A stretch of DNA of 47,816 nucleotides from Candidatus Moraniibacteriota bacterium (GTDB lineage: Bacteria > Patescibacteriota > Minisyncoccia > Moranbacterales > UBA2206): assembly GCA_027351145.1 (NCBI GenBank), contig DAIEIZ010000076.1:1-47816 (forward strand), read 5' to 3'. A model generated the notes under the pieces. It was not told the origin of the DNA. It ran no database searches and was given only the letters and a program-made list of their open reading frames with translations. Below are positions 1 through 9,925 of the stretch, in pieces (positions within the stretch are counted from its first letter, which is position 1; every line of letters starts with the position of its first letter). The translations under genes and the position numbers were made by a program.

Positions 1-69
1 TCTCAAAATGACATGCCTATCGATCAATATTACCTCATGAATATACCATAATAATGGCTTTTAGAAAAA

Positions 70-143
70 TGGAGGTCCGGAACAGAGTTGAACTGTTGTA
101 AAAGGTTTTGCAGACCTTTGCCTAACCGCTCGGCCACCGGACC
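70..143 (-). tRNA. tRNA-Cys(GCA)
   Basis: Reverse complement GGTCCGG...AAGGT CTGCAAA ACCTT...GTTCAAC...CCGGACCTCCA; cloverleaf, encoded CCA. Confidence 0.93.
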
Positions 144-242
144 ACTTGGTCAAAATTGACCATAGATAAATATTACCAAGCCCCTGCCTCAAAGTCAATG
201 AAACAAAAAAAACACCCCGATTTCTCGGAGTGCTCTCTTTGA

Positions 243-815
243 CTATTCGGTAATAATCTCAGCCACTAAGTTTTGCCTACCGAAAGCAAACGCTTCTGTT
301 TTTGTCTTCACATAAATATCGATTTTATTCCCCTTAATCGCACCTCCGCGATCCTGACAGATATAGGTTCCACGACCTTCGATATTGATTTTTGTGCCAA
401 AAGCAAAGCTTTTGGGACAAGCGATTGTTTCATTTTCACGAACTTTCACACCTGAAGCGGTAATTCCATCGCTCTTTCCACACTCATCAGCCGAAGCGGT
501 GTAGGCCGAAGCGTTGATGATAAATTTACCTTCAGGAAGATTGCTATTTTTAGGTACTATTTTAGTTTCAATAATTTCTTTTTTTTCTACTTTCGCAACA
601 TCATCTTTGTCAGCTTCCTCGATAAGAGCCTTGGGAATAATTTCCCCTGCACTACAAGTGGCTGCTTGATTTATGGCAGTCAAGGCATTTTCTGTTAAAT
701 TTAAGTTTATTTTTGTTTGATTAGACTCATTAGCCTTTGCCGTTTCCACTATCATTCCTAGTCCTAGAATAATAGAAAAACTGGCAAGCAAGGCCAATTC
801 AGTTCTAATACGCAT
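243..815 (-). CDS. 3D domain-containing exported protein (peptidoglycan hydrolase-like)
   Basis: N-terminal hydrophobic signal; ASAYT...TASG...DRGGAIKGNKIDIY 3D motifs. Confidence 0.85.
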   Translation of the reverse strand: MRIRTELALLASFSIILGLGMIVETAKANESNQTKINLNLTENALTAINQAATCSAGEIIPKALIEEADKDDVAKVEKKEIIETKIVPKNSNLPEGKFIINASAYTASADECGKSDGITASGVKVRENETIACPKSFAFGTKINIEGRGTYICQDRGGAIKGNKIDIYVKTKTEAFAFGRQNLVAEIITE

Positions 816-1041
816 ACATAAACTTTAATTGTTAAGCGTCAATCGAGGTTCTAGTACCCCTTTTCAGATTGACCTAACAGTGTAGCAAATATTGGGTCAA
901 AAGTCAAGCGTTATAGTGATATTTTGGCTTATACAAGCCATCAATCTTCTGAAAAAAGACTAAAATCACCCAAAATAAGCCCTAAAAAAATAAAAAAGCC
1001 CAAAGAGGAGCTCTTTTGATATCTATTTTTTAGAAAATAAC

Positions 1042-3045
1042 TTAATGATGATGTTTCTTCTTTTTCTTCTTATCTGACTTATATTGATCATCTTGTGCAT
1101 TTTGCTGGTTCTGATTCAACTTGTCAATCTGATCTTGATTCAAAGCCATCGTTTCATCATGAACCGTAGATATATAGGGTGTGAAATTCTCATTGGGATA
1201 ACGCGGAAGAATGGCGTCCATAAACGCACGCCAAATGGGAGCCGCCACAAAAACACCATCTGATCCCGCATGCATTGGGCGACTATCATTATTCCCCGCC
1301 CAAACACCTACTGCGATAGACGGAGTAAAGCCTACTGTCCAAGCATCACGAAATTCTTGCGACGTTCCTGTTTTAGCAGCGACAGTTCTCCCTGGAATAT
1401 AAAGCGGGCTATTTGGTCCAAAAATTGCCGACCGAGCGCTATTGTCCGAAAGAATTGAATTAATTTTCCGCGCCACATCCGCATCAATCACTTGTTCTTC
1501 TTGTTTTTTGTCAAAATACGACTTGCCATTATTATCAATTATTTCTAAAATCGAATGTGACTGATTTTTTTTTCCTTCGGTCGCAAAAACAGAAAAAGCG
1601 CTCGTCATATCAGTCAGCTTCACTTCCGCCCCACCAATTGCCATGGAAAGTCCGTAGCGATTTCTATCGTTAAGCGTAGTAATTCCTAAACGATGCGCCA
1701 TATTAATTGCACTATCAATTCCAACGAGCGCTAAGGTTTTAATTGCTGGGATATTAAGAGACATAGCCAGTGTTTTTCGCATCGGAAGAATACCATGAAA
1801 TTTTCCATCATAGTTTTGAGGAACATAGCTAATCCCACCACCATCCGGACCAAAGTTCGTCGGCTCATCCGCAATCAGCGTTTCTGGCTGATAGCCTTTT
1901 TCAAACGCCGTCGCATAAACAATTGGCTTAAAAGATGATCCGGGCTGCCGCAAGCGCACAGCCACGTTCACCTGTCCATCAATCGCTGTGTTGAAAAAAT
2001 CCCGACTGCCAACCATCGTGAGAACATCTCCACTTTTGGGATCCATCGCAACAAGAGCGGCATTATTTGCACCATAAGCAACATTGCGCACTCCTCCATC
2101 AGCAACAACTTTTTCTCCGATTTTCTGCATACCATAATCCAATGTTGTAACAATCTTCAGCCCTCCTTTCTCCAAAAAGTCACGACCATATTTTTCTTCT
2201 AATTGCGCTATCACATTAAAGACAAAATGTGGCGCCAAAATTGGTTCTCGAAAAGGCTGCACACTAGCTAATATATTAGTTTTTCTGGCTTTTTCAATTT
2301 CATCCTGCGGCTCCAATTTTGATCCCTCTATCTGATCCAAGATATCACGATAGCGTAAAGTTAACTTATCAACATTATCTCCATATGGCGAATAACGTGT
2401 CGGGGCCTTTGGAAGTGCCGCCAGAAAAACCGCTTCAGAAAGCGTGAGATCCTTCGCCTCTTTCCCGAAGAACACTTCCGCCGCCGCGGAAATTCCATAG
2501 GCATTGGAGCCATAAGGCACTTGATTGAGATAGCGATCTAAAATTTCGTCCTTCGTAAAATTTTTTTCGATCTTGAAAGCAATGAGTGTTTCCATCATTT
2601 TTCGTTGCAGAGTTTTTTCCCGAGAAAGAAAAACATTACGCGCAAGCTGCTGAGTTATCGTTGATCCACCCTGGGAAATTTCACCATTTTCAATATTCGT
2701 CATTAACGCACGGAGGATTGATAAAAAATCCACGCCAAAGTGACTGTAAAAATTTTTATCCTCCGTTGCCACCGTAGCAACACGCACAACGTCAGGGATT
2801 TCATCGTGCGAAAGAATTTTGCGATTTTCTTCACCATGAATCTTATACAATACAATTTTTCCACTACGATCATAAATAATTGACGTCTGCGGCGGACGAT
2901 AGCTAGAAATTTCCGCCACACTTGGAGTATGATTTTTATAGATAAATAAAAGGGCAACGATTACTCCCAAAAAAACCATAAAAAAAGCGCCCAGAACACC
3001 CAGGCTAATTTCTTTAAAATAATACCCAAATGTTCGCTTTTCCAT
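1042..3045 (-). CDS. Class A penicillin-binding protein (PBP1A family)
   Basis: TM anchor; EDKNFYSHFGVD and GGSTITQQL transglycosylase motifs; SSFK, SLN, KTGT transpeptidase motifs. Confidence 0.95.
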   Translation of the reverse strand: MEKRTFGYYFKEISLGVLGAFFMVFLGVIVALLFIYKNHTPSVAEISSYRPPQTSIIYDRSGKIVLYKIHGEENRKILSHDEIPDVVRVATVATEDKNFYSHFGVDFLSILRALMTNIENGEISQGGSTITQQLARNVFLSREKTLQRKMMETLIAFKIEKNFTKDEILDRYLNQVPYGSNAYGISAAAEVFFGKEAKDLTLSEAVFLAALPKAPTRYSPYGDNVDKLTLRYRDILDQIEGSKLEPQDEIEKARKTNILASVQPFREPILAPHFVFNVIAQLEEKYGRDFLEKGGLKIVTTLDYGMQKIGEKVVADGGVRNVAYGANNAALVAMDPKSGDVLTMVGSRDFFNTAIDGQVNVAVRLRQPGSSFKPIVYATAFEKGYQPETLIADEPTNFGPDGGGISYVPQNYDGKFHGILPMRKTLAMSLNIPAIKTLALVGIDSAINMAHRLGITTLNDRNRYGLSMAIGGAEVKLTDMTSAFSVFATEGKKNQSHSILEIIDNNGKSYFDKKQEEQVIDADVARKINSILSDNSARSAIFGPNSPLYIPGRTVAAKTGTSQEFRDAWTVGFTPSIAVGVWAGNNDSRPMHAGSDGVFVAAPIWRAFMDAILPRYPNENFTPYISTVHDETMALNQDQIDKLNQNQQNAQDDQYKSDKKKKKKHHH

Positions 3046-3210
3046 ATCTCAAAATTTTTAATTTCTTAATTGTGGAAATAATTATCCCCACTGCATTTTC
3101 ACCATAGCATAGATGATAGAAAGGTCAAAATTTAGGCTTATTTCAGTACAAAAACTAGATTATGTCAATTACTAAAACGCTGTGGATTCTTAGCTAAAAA
3201 ATTTATACAA

Positions 3211-3247
3211 AAAATAAAAATCTCCTTTTTAGGGAGATTTTTATTTT
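3211..3247. terminator. Intrinsic terminator after the minus-strand tRNA cluster
   Basis: AAAATAAAAATCTCC...GGAGATTTTTATTTT inverted repeat. Confidence 0.7.
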
Positions 3248-3252
3248 ATCTG

Positions 3253-3324
3253 AGCGGGTAGGGGGAATCGAACCCCCCTCCTCAGCTTGGAAGGCTGATA
3301 TAATAGCCACTATACGACACCCGC
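3253..3324 (-). tRNA. tRNA-Gly(TCC)
   Basis: GCGGGTG acceptor, TCAGC CTTCCAA GCTGA anticodon arm, GGTTCGATTCC. Confidence 0.95.
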
Positions 3325-3412
3325 TTGCGCTACGCATCAGTGAATTTGCCCACTGAACACGCCACGATAAAATTCATTACCGAACTTTCTTTATTTCATA
3401 TTTCACTTTTTG

Positions 3413-3484
3413 TGCCGAAGGGCAGAGTTGAACTGCCGACGCAAGGATTTTCAGTCCTTCGCTCTACCGCTGAGCTACTTCGGC
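3413..3484 (-). tRNA. tRNA-Phe(GAA)
   Basis: GCCGAAG acceptor, AAGGA CTGAAAA TCCTT anticodon arm. Confidence 0.95.
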
Positions 3485-3553
3485 TTTGGGCCTAAATACA
3501 ATTTCAAGTATTGGCGTAACATGTTTTATACCGCATAATGTTACATAATTTTG

Positions 3554-3626
3554 TGGACCCTATAGGACTCGAACCTATAACCCCCTCGGTGTAAACGAGG
3601 TGCTCTAGCCATTGAGCTAAGGATCC
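3554..3626 (-). tRNA. tRNA-Val(TAC)
   Basis: CCTCG TTTACAC CGAGG anticodon arm, GGTTCGAGTCC. Confidence 0.95.
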
Positions 3627-3660
3627 AACCATCTTCCCATATACATTTTCTCTAATTTCG

Positions 3661-3746
3661 TGGTGCCTTCGGCGGGACTCGAACCCGCACGGCCTTGCGA
3701 CCCATGCACCTCAAGCATGTGTGTATACCAATTCCACCACGAAGGC
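3661..3746 (-). tRNA. tRNA-Leu(GAG)
   Basis: CATGC TTGAGGT GCATG anticodon arm, long variable arm, encoded CCA. Confidence 0.95.
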
Positions 3747-3753
3747 TCGAAAA

Positions 3754-4218
3754 CTACTCCGCTTTTTCTTCTTCGACCTTTTCCATAACTTTTTCTTCTA
3801 CTTTTTCAGAAGATGCTTCCTTTTTGACAATCTCAGATTTTGGCTTATCTTTCTTATTTACATCCTTGATATCCTTATATTTCATACGGCTTTGTTTGGT
3901 TGTCAGCGTTCTAACATAATAGAGTTTCGCGCGACGCACCTTAGCCCGTTTTACCAGCTCAATTTTTTCCACATTTTTGGAACCGACAGGGATGATCATT
4001 TCGACTCCTACATCATGTGTTACTTTGCGCACTGTAATTGTCGGGAAAGAGCTTTGTCCGCCTTTCACGGCAATAATAAGACCCTCAAAAATTTGAGTTC
4101 TTTCTTTAGCACCTTCTTTAATTCGCAAAAACACCTTCACCACGTCGCCACTGTGAAATTCCAGCGTATCTTTCAAAGCCCTTTGCGTCTTATTAAACTC
4201 GATAATCTTCTTTTCCAT
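3754..4218 (-). CDS. rplS: 50S ribosomal protein L19 with charged C-terminal tail
   Basis: GDVVKV..RIKEG.KERTQIFEG, KVRRAKLYYVR. Confidence 0.96.
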   Translation of the reverse strand: MEKKIIEFNKTQRALKDTLEFHSGDVVKVFLRIKEGAKERTQIFEGLIIAVKGGQSSFPTITVRKVTHDVGVEMIIPVGSKNVEKIELVKRAKVRRAKLYYVRTLTTKQSRMKYKDIKDVNKKDKPKSEIVKKEASSEKVEEKVMEKVEEEKAE

Positions 4219-4324
4219 ACGGTTATTATAGCAAATTATTACTTTAAATTAAAATAGGCCGAGAATAGCCTTTCATTTACTAGAAAACATCCCGCCTGTT
4301 GGTATAATTTTTCGCTTTTTTATA

Positions 4325-5284
4325 CTATCCCTTTTCCCCAGTTTCGTCAAGGAAATGAGTAAAATTCAAGAAATCCTGCGGAAGCGGAGAACTAAACTCA
4401 TACCCATTGCCAAAAAGCATAAATTTGATTGACCGCGCGTGAAGCAGCTGCCTTCTAGCGGAATCAAGTCGCTCGATTCCTCGCAGAAAATATTTTTTAT
4501 CCCCCACAATTGGATGACCGATTGAAGTCAAATGCACACGGATCTGATGCATCCGTCCGGTTTTAGGCGAAAGCTCCATTAGGGCAAAATTATTCCCCAG
4601 TATTTTCAATGTTCGATAGCCCGTCACCGCATCACGAATTTTTGTTCGAGTTTTATGTCCTGCCACTACCTGCCGTCTATAATCCCCTGAGCGAGCTAAG
4701 GCTTTTTCAATCACACCTTCTGCTGATTCGGGCACACCATAAACAATCGCTTGATATTTTTTATCCACTTCCTTGCCTTGAAATTGTCTTTTCAATTCTA
4801 AGAAAGTTTCCATATTTCTCGCGACCACAATCACGCCACTCGTATCCTTGTCTAGTCGATGCACAATCCCCGGCCGCAACTTCCCTTCTTTTGTATTTTC
4901 ACAAACAGTTTCAATTTCTGGAAATTGAGCGATGAGATAATTCACAAGAGTATCCTCTTTTCGCGTGTCATCAGGGTGTACCTGCATCCCTGCCGGTTTG
5001 TCAATTACGATAATATTTTCATCAGCAAAAATAATTGGCAATTCTTTTTTAACTTTAGGCAAAATTATTTTTTCTTCAGTGAATATGAAATCAAAAGTAA
5101 TCGCATCATTAATTTTCAAAATATATCCCGGCTTCACATTCTCCTCGTTCATCAAAATTGTCCCAGCCTTAATCTGCCGAGAAATTTCACTACGGGTGAT
5201 TTTCCCATCAAAAAAATTCCTGCTACTGAGGAATTTATCCAATCGTTCTCCCGAACTGTCTTTTGTGATGATTATTTTTTGCAT
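4325..5284 (-). CDS. RluA/RluD family pseudouridine synthase
   Basis: S4-like RLDKFL N-terminus, HRLDKDTSG catalytic motif, TGRMHQIRVH. Confidence 0.93.
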   Translation of the reverse strand: MQKIIITKDSSGERLDKFLSSRNFFDGKITRSEISRQIKAGTILMNEENVKPGYILKINDAITFDFIFTEEKIILPKVKKELPIIFADENIIVIDKPAGMQVHPDDTRKEDTLVNYLIAQFPEIETVCENTKEGKLRPGIVHRLDKDTSGVIVVARNMETFLELKRQFQGKEVDKKYQAIVYGVPESAEGVIEKALARSGDYRRQVVAGHKTRTKIRDAVTGYRTLKILGNNFALMELSPKTGRMHQIRVHLTSIGHPIVGDKKYFLRGIERLDSARRQLLHARSIKFMLFGNGYEFSSPLPQDFLNFTHFLDETGEKG

Positions 5285-5291
5285 AACACTG

Positions 5292-5375
5292 TGCCCAGAA
5301 GAGGACTCGAACCTCCAATCTCTTGCGAGAACCAGTTCCTAAGACTGGCGCGTATACCAATTCCGCCATCTGGGC
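5292..5375 (-). tRNA. tRNA-Leu(TAG)
   Basis: CCAGT CTTAGGA ACTGG anticodon arm, long variable arm. Confidence 0.95.
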
Positions 5376-5414
5376 TTATTTAATTTTTGCTTCATATTTC
5401 ATGTTGCATGATAG

Positions 5415-5498
5415 TGGGCGCGAAGAGACTCGAACTCTCAAGGACTTGCGTCCACATGCTCCTGAAGCATGCGCGTATACCAATTCCGCCACGTGCCC
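5415..5498 (-). tRNA. tRNA-Leu(CAG)
   Basis: CATGC TTCAGGA GCATG anticodon arm; one A-C mismatch in the acceptor stem. Confidence 0.92.
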
Positions 5499-5547
5499 GA
5501 TATACACCAATTCATCATACGACGTAAAAGTGTTTTTAGCAACCCAC

Positions 5548-5850
5548 CTACTCCAAAAGCGCCTTAAGCCGTCGCACTTCCTCCTTTAATGCTCCATTAT
5601 TGTCGTATTCGCCATGATGCCTCGTGTTCTCGCCATAAGTTTCTTTCTTCACATCCAGATGAATATTGATGAGCATATCCCTGCCCATCACCCTGACATA
5701 CATATGGAAGCGCGGATAACCAGCCGCAGCCATTGGTCGAACAAAGCTCATCTCATCGCCCTCATGTCGTTGAAAAGTATAGCCAAGCCGGCGTAAATTA
5801 TTCACTGGGTTACCTTCGATATTTCTGACTTCAATTTGCATAAATTTCAT
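5548..5850 (-). CDS. Hypothetical protein
   Basis: ORF with GYPRFH...HLD...HHGEYD; start uncertain (5850 or 5841; ORF track 5883). Confidence 0.7.
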   Translation of the reverse strand: MKFMQIEVRNIEGNPVNNLRRLGYTFQRHEGDEMSFVRPMAAAGYPRFHMYVRVMGRDMLINIHLDVKKETYGENTRHHGEYDNNGALKEEVRRLKALLE

Positions 5851-5939
5851 TTTGCAGAAACAGACTTGCAACCTGATCTGCATAGTTTACTAATTAGGCA
5901 AGTTATATTGCAAACTTCGATATTCAAGTTACCAGCCTG

Positions 5940-6809
5940 CTAGCAGACAGGGAAACTCAAATCTGCATTTTTTAATTTCGCCGCCAAAATCGTATTCCGC
6001 ATCAGCATCATAATCGTCATCGGACCGACTCCGCCGGGAACCGGCGTAATGCAACATGCCTTATCACAAACGCGAATATAGTCAACATCACCGCATAGTT
6101 TTCCATTTTCATCCCGATTCATTCCCACATCAATAACTACCGCATCTTGTTTTACCATTTCTGCGCAAATTAGTCCAACACGTCCAGTTGCCGAAACCAA
6201 AATATCCGCTTGCGCACAAATTTCTTTCAAGTTTTTTGTCTTGGAATTGCAAACCGTTACTGTCGCGCCAAGATTAATCATCATCACTGCGAGCGGTTTT
6301 CCCACAATATTACTCCTTCCCACAATCACCACATTTTTTCCTTCAACTAAAATCTCGCTTCTTTTCAATAACTCCAAAATCCCCGCCGGCGTGCAAGATA
6401 AAAAGCGCGCATCCCCAATCATTATCCGCCCCACATTTTCCGGATGAAAGCAATCGACATCTTTTTTGGGATTAATCAAGTTTATTATCTTTTTCGCATC
6501 GATGTGCTCTGGCAATGGCAGTTGCACCAAAATCCCATGATTTTTTTCATTAGCATTATGCCTTGAAATAACTCCTTCCAATTCTTCTTGCGACGTCGAA
6601 GCAGGCAATCTCACCACTTCCGAATTGATTCCAATCTCTTTCGCCACGCGTTCTTTGTTTTTGACATAAACTTGTGAAGCACTGTCTTCTCCAACCAAAA
6701 TCACCGAAAGTCTTGGCACAATTCCCTTTTCGCCCAAAGCTAAAATTTCTTTTTTTAATTCTTCTTTGACATCCTCAGCAATTTTTTTCCCATCGATTAT
6801 TTTTATCAT
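5940..6809 (-). CDS. folD: Methylene-THF dehydrogenase/methenyl-THF cyclohydrolase
   Basis: IIDGK, ILVQLPLP, KDVD, GRSNIVGKP, TPVPGGVGPMT; start taken at MIKII. Confidence 0.96.
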   Translation of the reverse strand: MIKIIDGKKIAEDVKEELKKEILALGEKGIVPRLSVILVGEDSASQVYVKNKERVAKEIGINSEVVRLPASTSQEELEGVISRHNANEKNHGILVQLPLPEHIDAKKIINLINPKKDVDCFHPENVGRIMIGDARFLSCTPAGILELLKRSEILVEGKNVVIVGRSNIVGKPLAVMMINLGATVTVCNSKTKNLKEICAQADILVSATGRVGLICAEMVKQDAVVIDVGMNRDENGKLCGDVDYIRVCDKACCITPVPGGVGPMTIMMLMRNTILAAKLKNADLSFPVC

Positions 6810-6901
6810 AAATGCATTATAGCACATCAAGAAATTTTCCTTATTTGCCAAGAAAACTCAATAAGTGATATACTAACTCCATAAACAGCTCATTCCTTAC
6901 T

Positions 6902-8080
6902 ATGCCTACCCCACTCCCTGATTTCATCCGCCCCAAAAATCTTGTTGATTTTTTTGGACAAGAAAAACTGGTTGGAAAAAATTCCTACCTTTTCGGCGCG
7001 ATTAAAAATGACAGTGTTCCATCAATGATCCTTTGGGGTCCGCCCGGTTCAGGAAAAACCACGCTGGCGCACATCATCGCCAAGGCAACTAAATCGGAAT
7101 TTTTGTGCATTAGCGCAGTTTCTTCAGGCAAAAAAATACTTTTGGAAATCATAGCGAAAGCGCAAGAAAACAAACTGCAAAACAAAAAAACGATTCTTTT
7201 CATCGACGAAATTCATCGCTGGAACAAAGCTCAACAAGATGCACTGCTTCCTTTTGTTGAAAATGGAACAATCACCCTCATCGGCGCAACCACGGAAAAT
7301 CCCAGTTTTGAAGTTAACTCAGCTTTGATTTCCCGCACTCGAGTTTTTGTTTTGAAAAAACTGACTCCAAATGATTTGGAAAAAATTATTAGACGAGCAC
7401 TGGAAAAAATTAGTACTGCTAAAAAAGTCAAAATAGATTCTGACGCAATCAAGTTTCTCGCCAATCTATCGAACGGCGACGCACGCATGGCACTCAATAC
7501 TCTTGAAGCTTGCATGAACCAAACAAAAAACATCACACTAGAACTCATTCGCGAAGTTTTGCAAAAATCGCATTTACTTTATGACAAATCCGGCGAAGAA
7601 CATTACAATATCATATCTGCTCTTCACAAATCCATGCGCGGCGGAAATCCAGATGCGTCCGTATATTGGCTCGCACGAATGATTGAAGGCGGGGAAGATC
7701 CGCTCTACATCGCGCGCCGCCTTGTCCGTTTTGCCAGCGAAGACATTGGCCTTGCCAACAACACTGCCTTACTTTTGACGAATGCTGTTTTCGACGCTTG
7801 CCACAAATTGGGTTACCCGGAATGCAATGTCCACCTCGCGCAGTGCGTGATCTATCTTGCAAAATCCAAAAAGGATATTACCGCCTATGCAGCCTATAGC
7901 AAAGCCAAAAAAGATGTGGAAAAATTCGGCAATCTTCCTGTCCCGCTTCATCTGCGCAATGCCCCGACAAAACTGATGGGAGATTTAAATTATGGCAAGG
8001 GATATAAATACACTCCGCTGAAAGACAGCAGTGAACAAAACTATTTACCGGAAGAATTGGAAAATTCTAAATATCTCTAA
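6902..8080 (+). CDS. rarA: Replication-associated recombination protein A (RarA/MgsA)
   Basis: [46 protein letters not shown]. Confidence 0.95.
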   Translation: MPTPLPDFIRPKNLVDFFGQEKLVGKNSYLFGAIKNDSVPSMILWGPPGSGKTTLAHIIAKATKSEFLCISAVSSGKKILLEIIAKAQENKLQNKKTILFIDEIHRWNKAQQDALLPFVENGTITLIGATTENPSFEVNSALISRTRVFVLKKLTPNDLEKIIRRALEKISTAKKVKIDSDAIKFLANLSNGDARMALNTLEACMNQTKNITLELIREVLQKSHLLYDKSGEEHYNIISALHKSMRGGNPDASVYWLARMIEGGEDPLYIARRLVRFASEDIGLANNTALLLTNAVFDACHKLGYPECNVHLAQCVIYLAKSKKDITAYAAYSKAKKDVEKFGNLPVPLHLRNAPTKLMGDLNYGKGYKYTPLKDSSEQNYLPEELENSKYL

Positions 8081-9747
8081 AACAGCCCGTCAATCTCCCC
8101 GCTCTCAATCACATCAATCTTTTCCGCCGCAGGCACTTTCGGCAATCCCGGCATAGTCATAATTTCTCCGGCAATCGCCACGATAAATCCGGCACCGTTG
8201 GAAATTCTTAATTCTCGAATATTTAAAATAAAACCCTTTGGTCGTCCTAAAAGTTTTGGATCATCAGAAAAAGAATATTGAGTTTTGGCAATGCAAATTG
8301 GCAACTTGTCCAGCTTATCTTTTTCTAACTTTTCCATTTGTTTTTGCGCTTTAACACTGAACTCCACGCTTTTCGCACCATAAATTTTTTGTGCAATGGT
8401 TTCGATTTTCACTTTAATATGCGATTGCTCGGAATAGAGCACTTTGAAATTTGATTTTTTCCTAGACAAAGTTTCTAAAACTTTCTTTGCCAAATCTTCA
8501 CCACCCGCTCCGCCTTTTTCCCAGACATGCGACAAGGCATAAGCAATGCCCAGTTTTTTCACCATTTGCTCTAAAAATTTTAATTCTTTTTGCGTGTCAC
8601 TCGGAAAAACATTCACAGTGACCACTGCTGACATGCCAAATTTCTTGAGATTCTCAACGTGTTTTTCCAAATTGGCAAAACCTTTTTTAAGATGAATCAG
8701 ACTCGGCATCACTAGCGCTTCCTTTTCCATTCCGCCGGAATATTTAAGCGCCCGTACTGTAGCCACAATCACCACCGCATCCGGCTTTAGTCCGGCGATG
8801 CGGCATTTGATATTAAAAAATTTCTCCGCACCAAGGTCCGCGCCAAAACCGGCTTCGGTGATGAGATAATCTCCCAATTTCAGTCCATAGCGCGTAGCCA
8901 AAATGCTGTTGCAACCATGCGCAATATTAGCAAACGGTCCGCCATGAATGATAGCCGGCGTATGTTCCAGTGTTTGCACCAGATTTGGTTTCAGTGCATC
9001 TTTCAAGATTGCCGTGAGCGCGCCGACCACTTTCAACTCTCGCGCATAAACCGGCTCACCAGAAAAAGTATAGGCAACCAAAATATTTCCCAAACGTTTT
9101 TTAATATCCGCTAAATTTTCACTGAGGCATAGGATTGCCATAATTTCCGAAGCAACGGTAATATTAAAACTTTCTTCCCGTGGCACGCCTTGCGATTTTC
9201 CACCCAAGCCCACAACTGTGTTTCGCAAAGTTCGATCATTCAAATCCATCGCCCGCTTCCAAAGAATTTGTCGCGCGTCAATTTGCAACTCATTGCCTTG
9301 AAAAATATGATTATCAATAATTGCCGAGAGTAAATTATTGGCCGTCGTGATCGCATGCAAATCGCCCGTGAAATGCAAATTAATTTCTTCCATCGGCATC
9401 ACCTGCGAATATCCCCCGCCGGCTGCGCCACCCTTTACCCCCATACACGGCCCGAGTGATGGTTCGCGTAGAGCCAGCATTGTTTTTTCTCCTAATCGAT
9501 TCATCGCCATCGCAAGACCAATCGATGTCGTCGTCTTGCCCTCTCCCGCCGGTGTTGGACTGATTGCTGTCACCAAAATCAACTTTCCATCTTTTTGATT
9601 TTTAATCCGTTCCCACAACTGTGGTTTTAGCTTGGCCTTATGCTCACCGTATAATTCCAGTTCATTTTTAGCAATTCCGATTTTCTCCGCTACACTTTCA
9701 ATTGGTTCAATTTTTGATTCTTTGGCAATTTGAATGTCTGATTTCAT
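8077..9747 (-). CDS. fhs: Formate--tetrahydrofolate ligase
   Basis: [42 protein letters not shown]. Confidence 0.97.
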   Translation of the reverse strand: MKSDIQIAKESKIEPIESVAEKIGIAKNELELYGEHKAKLKPQLWERIKNQKDGKLILVTAISPTPAGEGKTTTSIGLAMAMNRLGEKTMLALREPSLGPCMGVKGGAAGGGYSQVMPMEEINLHFTGDLHAITTANNLLSAIIDNHIFQGNELQIDARQILWKRAMDLNDRTLRNTVVGLGGKSQGVPREESFNITVASEIMAILCLSENLADIKKRLGNILVAYTFSGEPVYARELKVVGALTAILKDALKPNLVQTLEHTPAIIHGGPFANIAHGCNSILATRYGLKLGDYLITEAGFGADLGAEKFFNIKCRIAGLKPDAVVIVATVRALKYSGGMEKEALVMPSLIHLKKGFANLEKHVENLKKFGMSAVVTVNVFPSDTQKELKFLEQMVKKLGIAYALSHVWEKGGAGGEDLAKKVLETLSRKKSNFKVLYSEQSHIKVKIETIAQKIYGAKSVEFSVKAQKQMEKLEKDKLDKLPICIAKTQYSFSDDPKLLGRPKGFILNIRELRISNGAGFIVAIAGEIMTMPGLPKVPAAEKIDVIESGEIDGLF

Positions 9748-9925
9748 AGATTTATTTCTTATTAATTATTTGATTGTTTTTTACTAATTAAAAAATTGAT
9801 TAGACTTTTTAATTTTTAATGTTTTAAATTTAGTCATTCAAAAATTATTCATAAAATTAAAAAAATGGAAATTAAAAATTCTTATCTTTCTATTTACAGC
9901 CTCACAATAATTGACGATTTGCAGA

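Noticed and set aside
3060..3210. Possible oriC from DnaA-box-like 9-mers (3071, 3082, 3181)
   Set aside because: All are mismatched and the region is adequately explained as the PBP promoter plus tRNA terminator.
3695..4257. Antisense and overlapping ORFs in the ORF track (e.g. 3721..4257, 9865..10356, 13090..13533, 22860..23357)
   Set aside because: Shadow frames of well-identified genes or tRNAs, with no recognisable motifs.
9760..9900. AT-rich AAAATT-type repetitive spacer (similar at 42240-42290)
   Set aside because: Low-complexity intergenic sequence without a definable unit.
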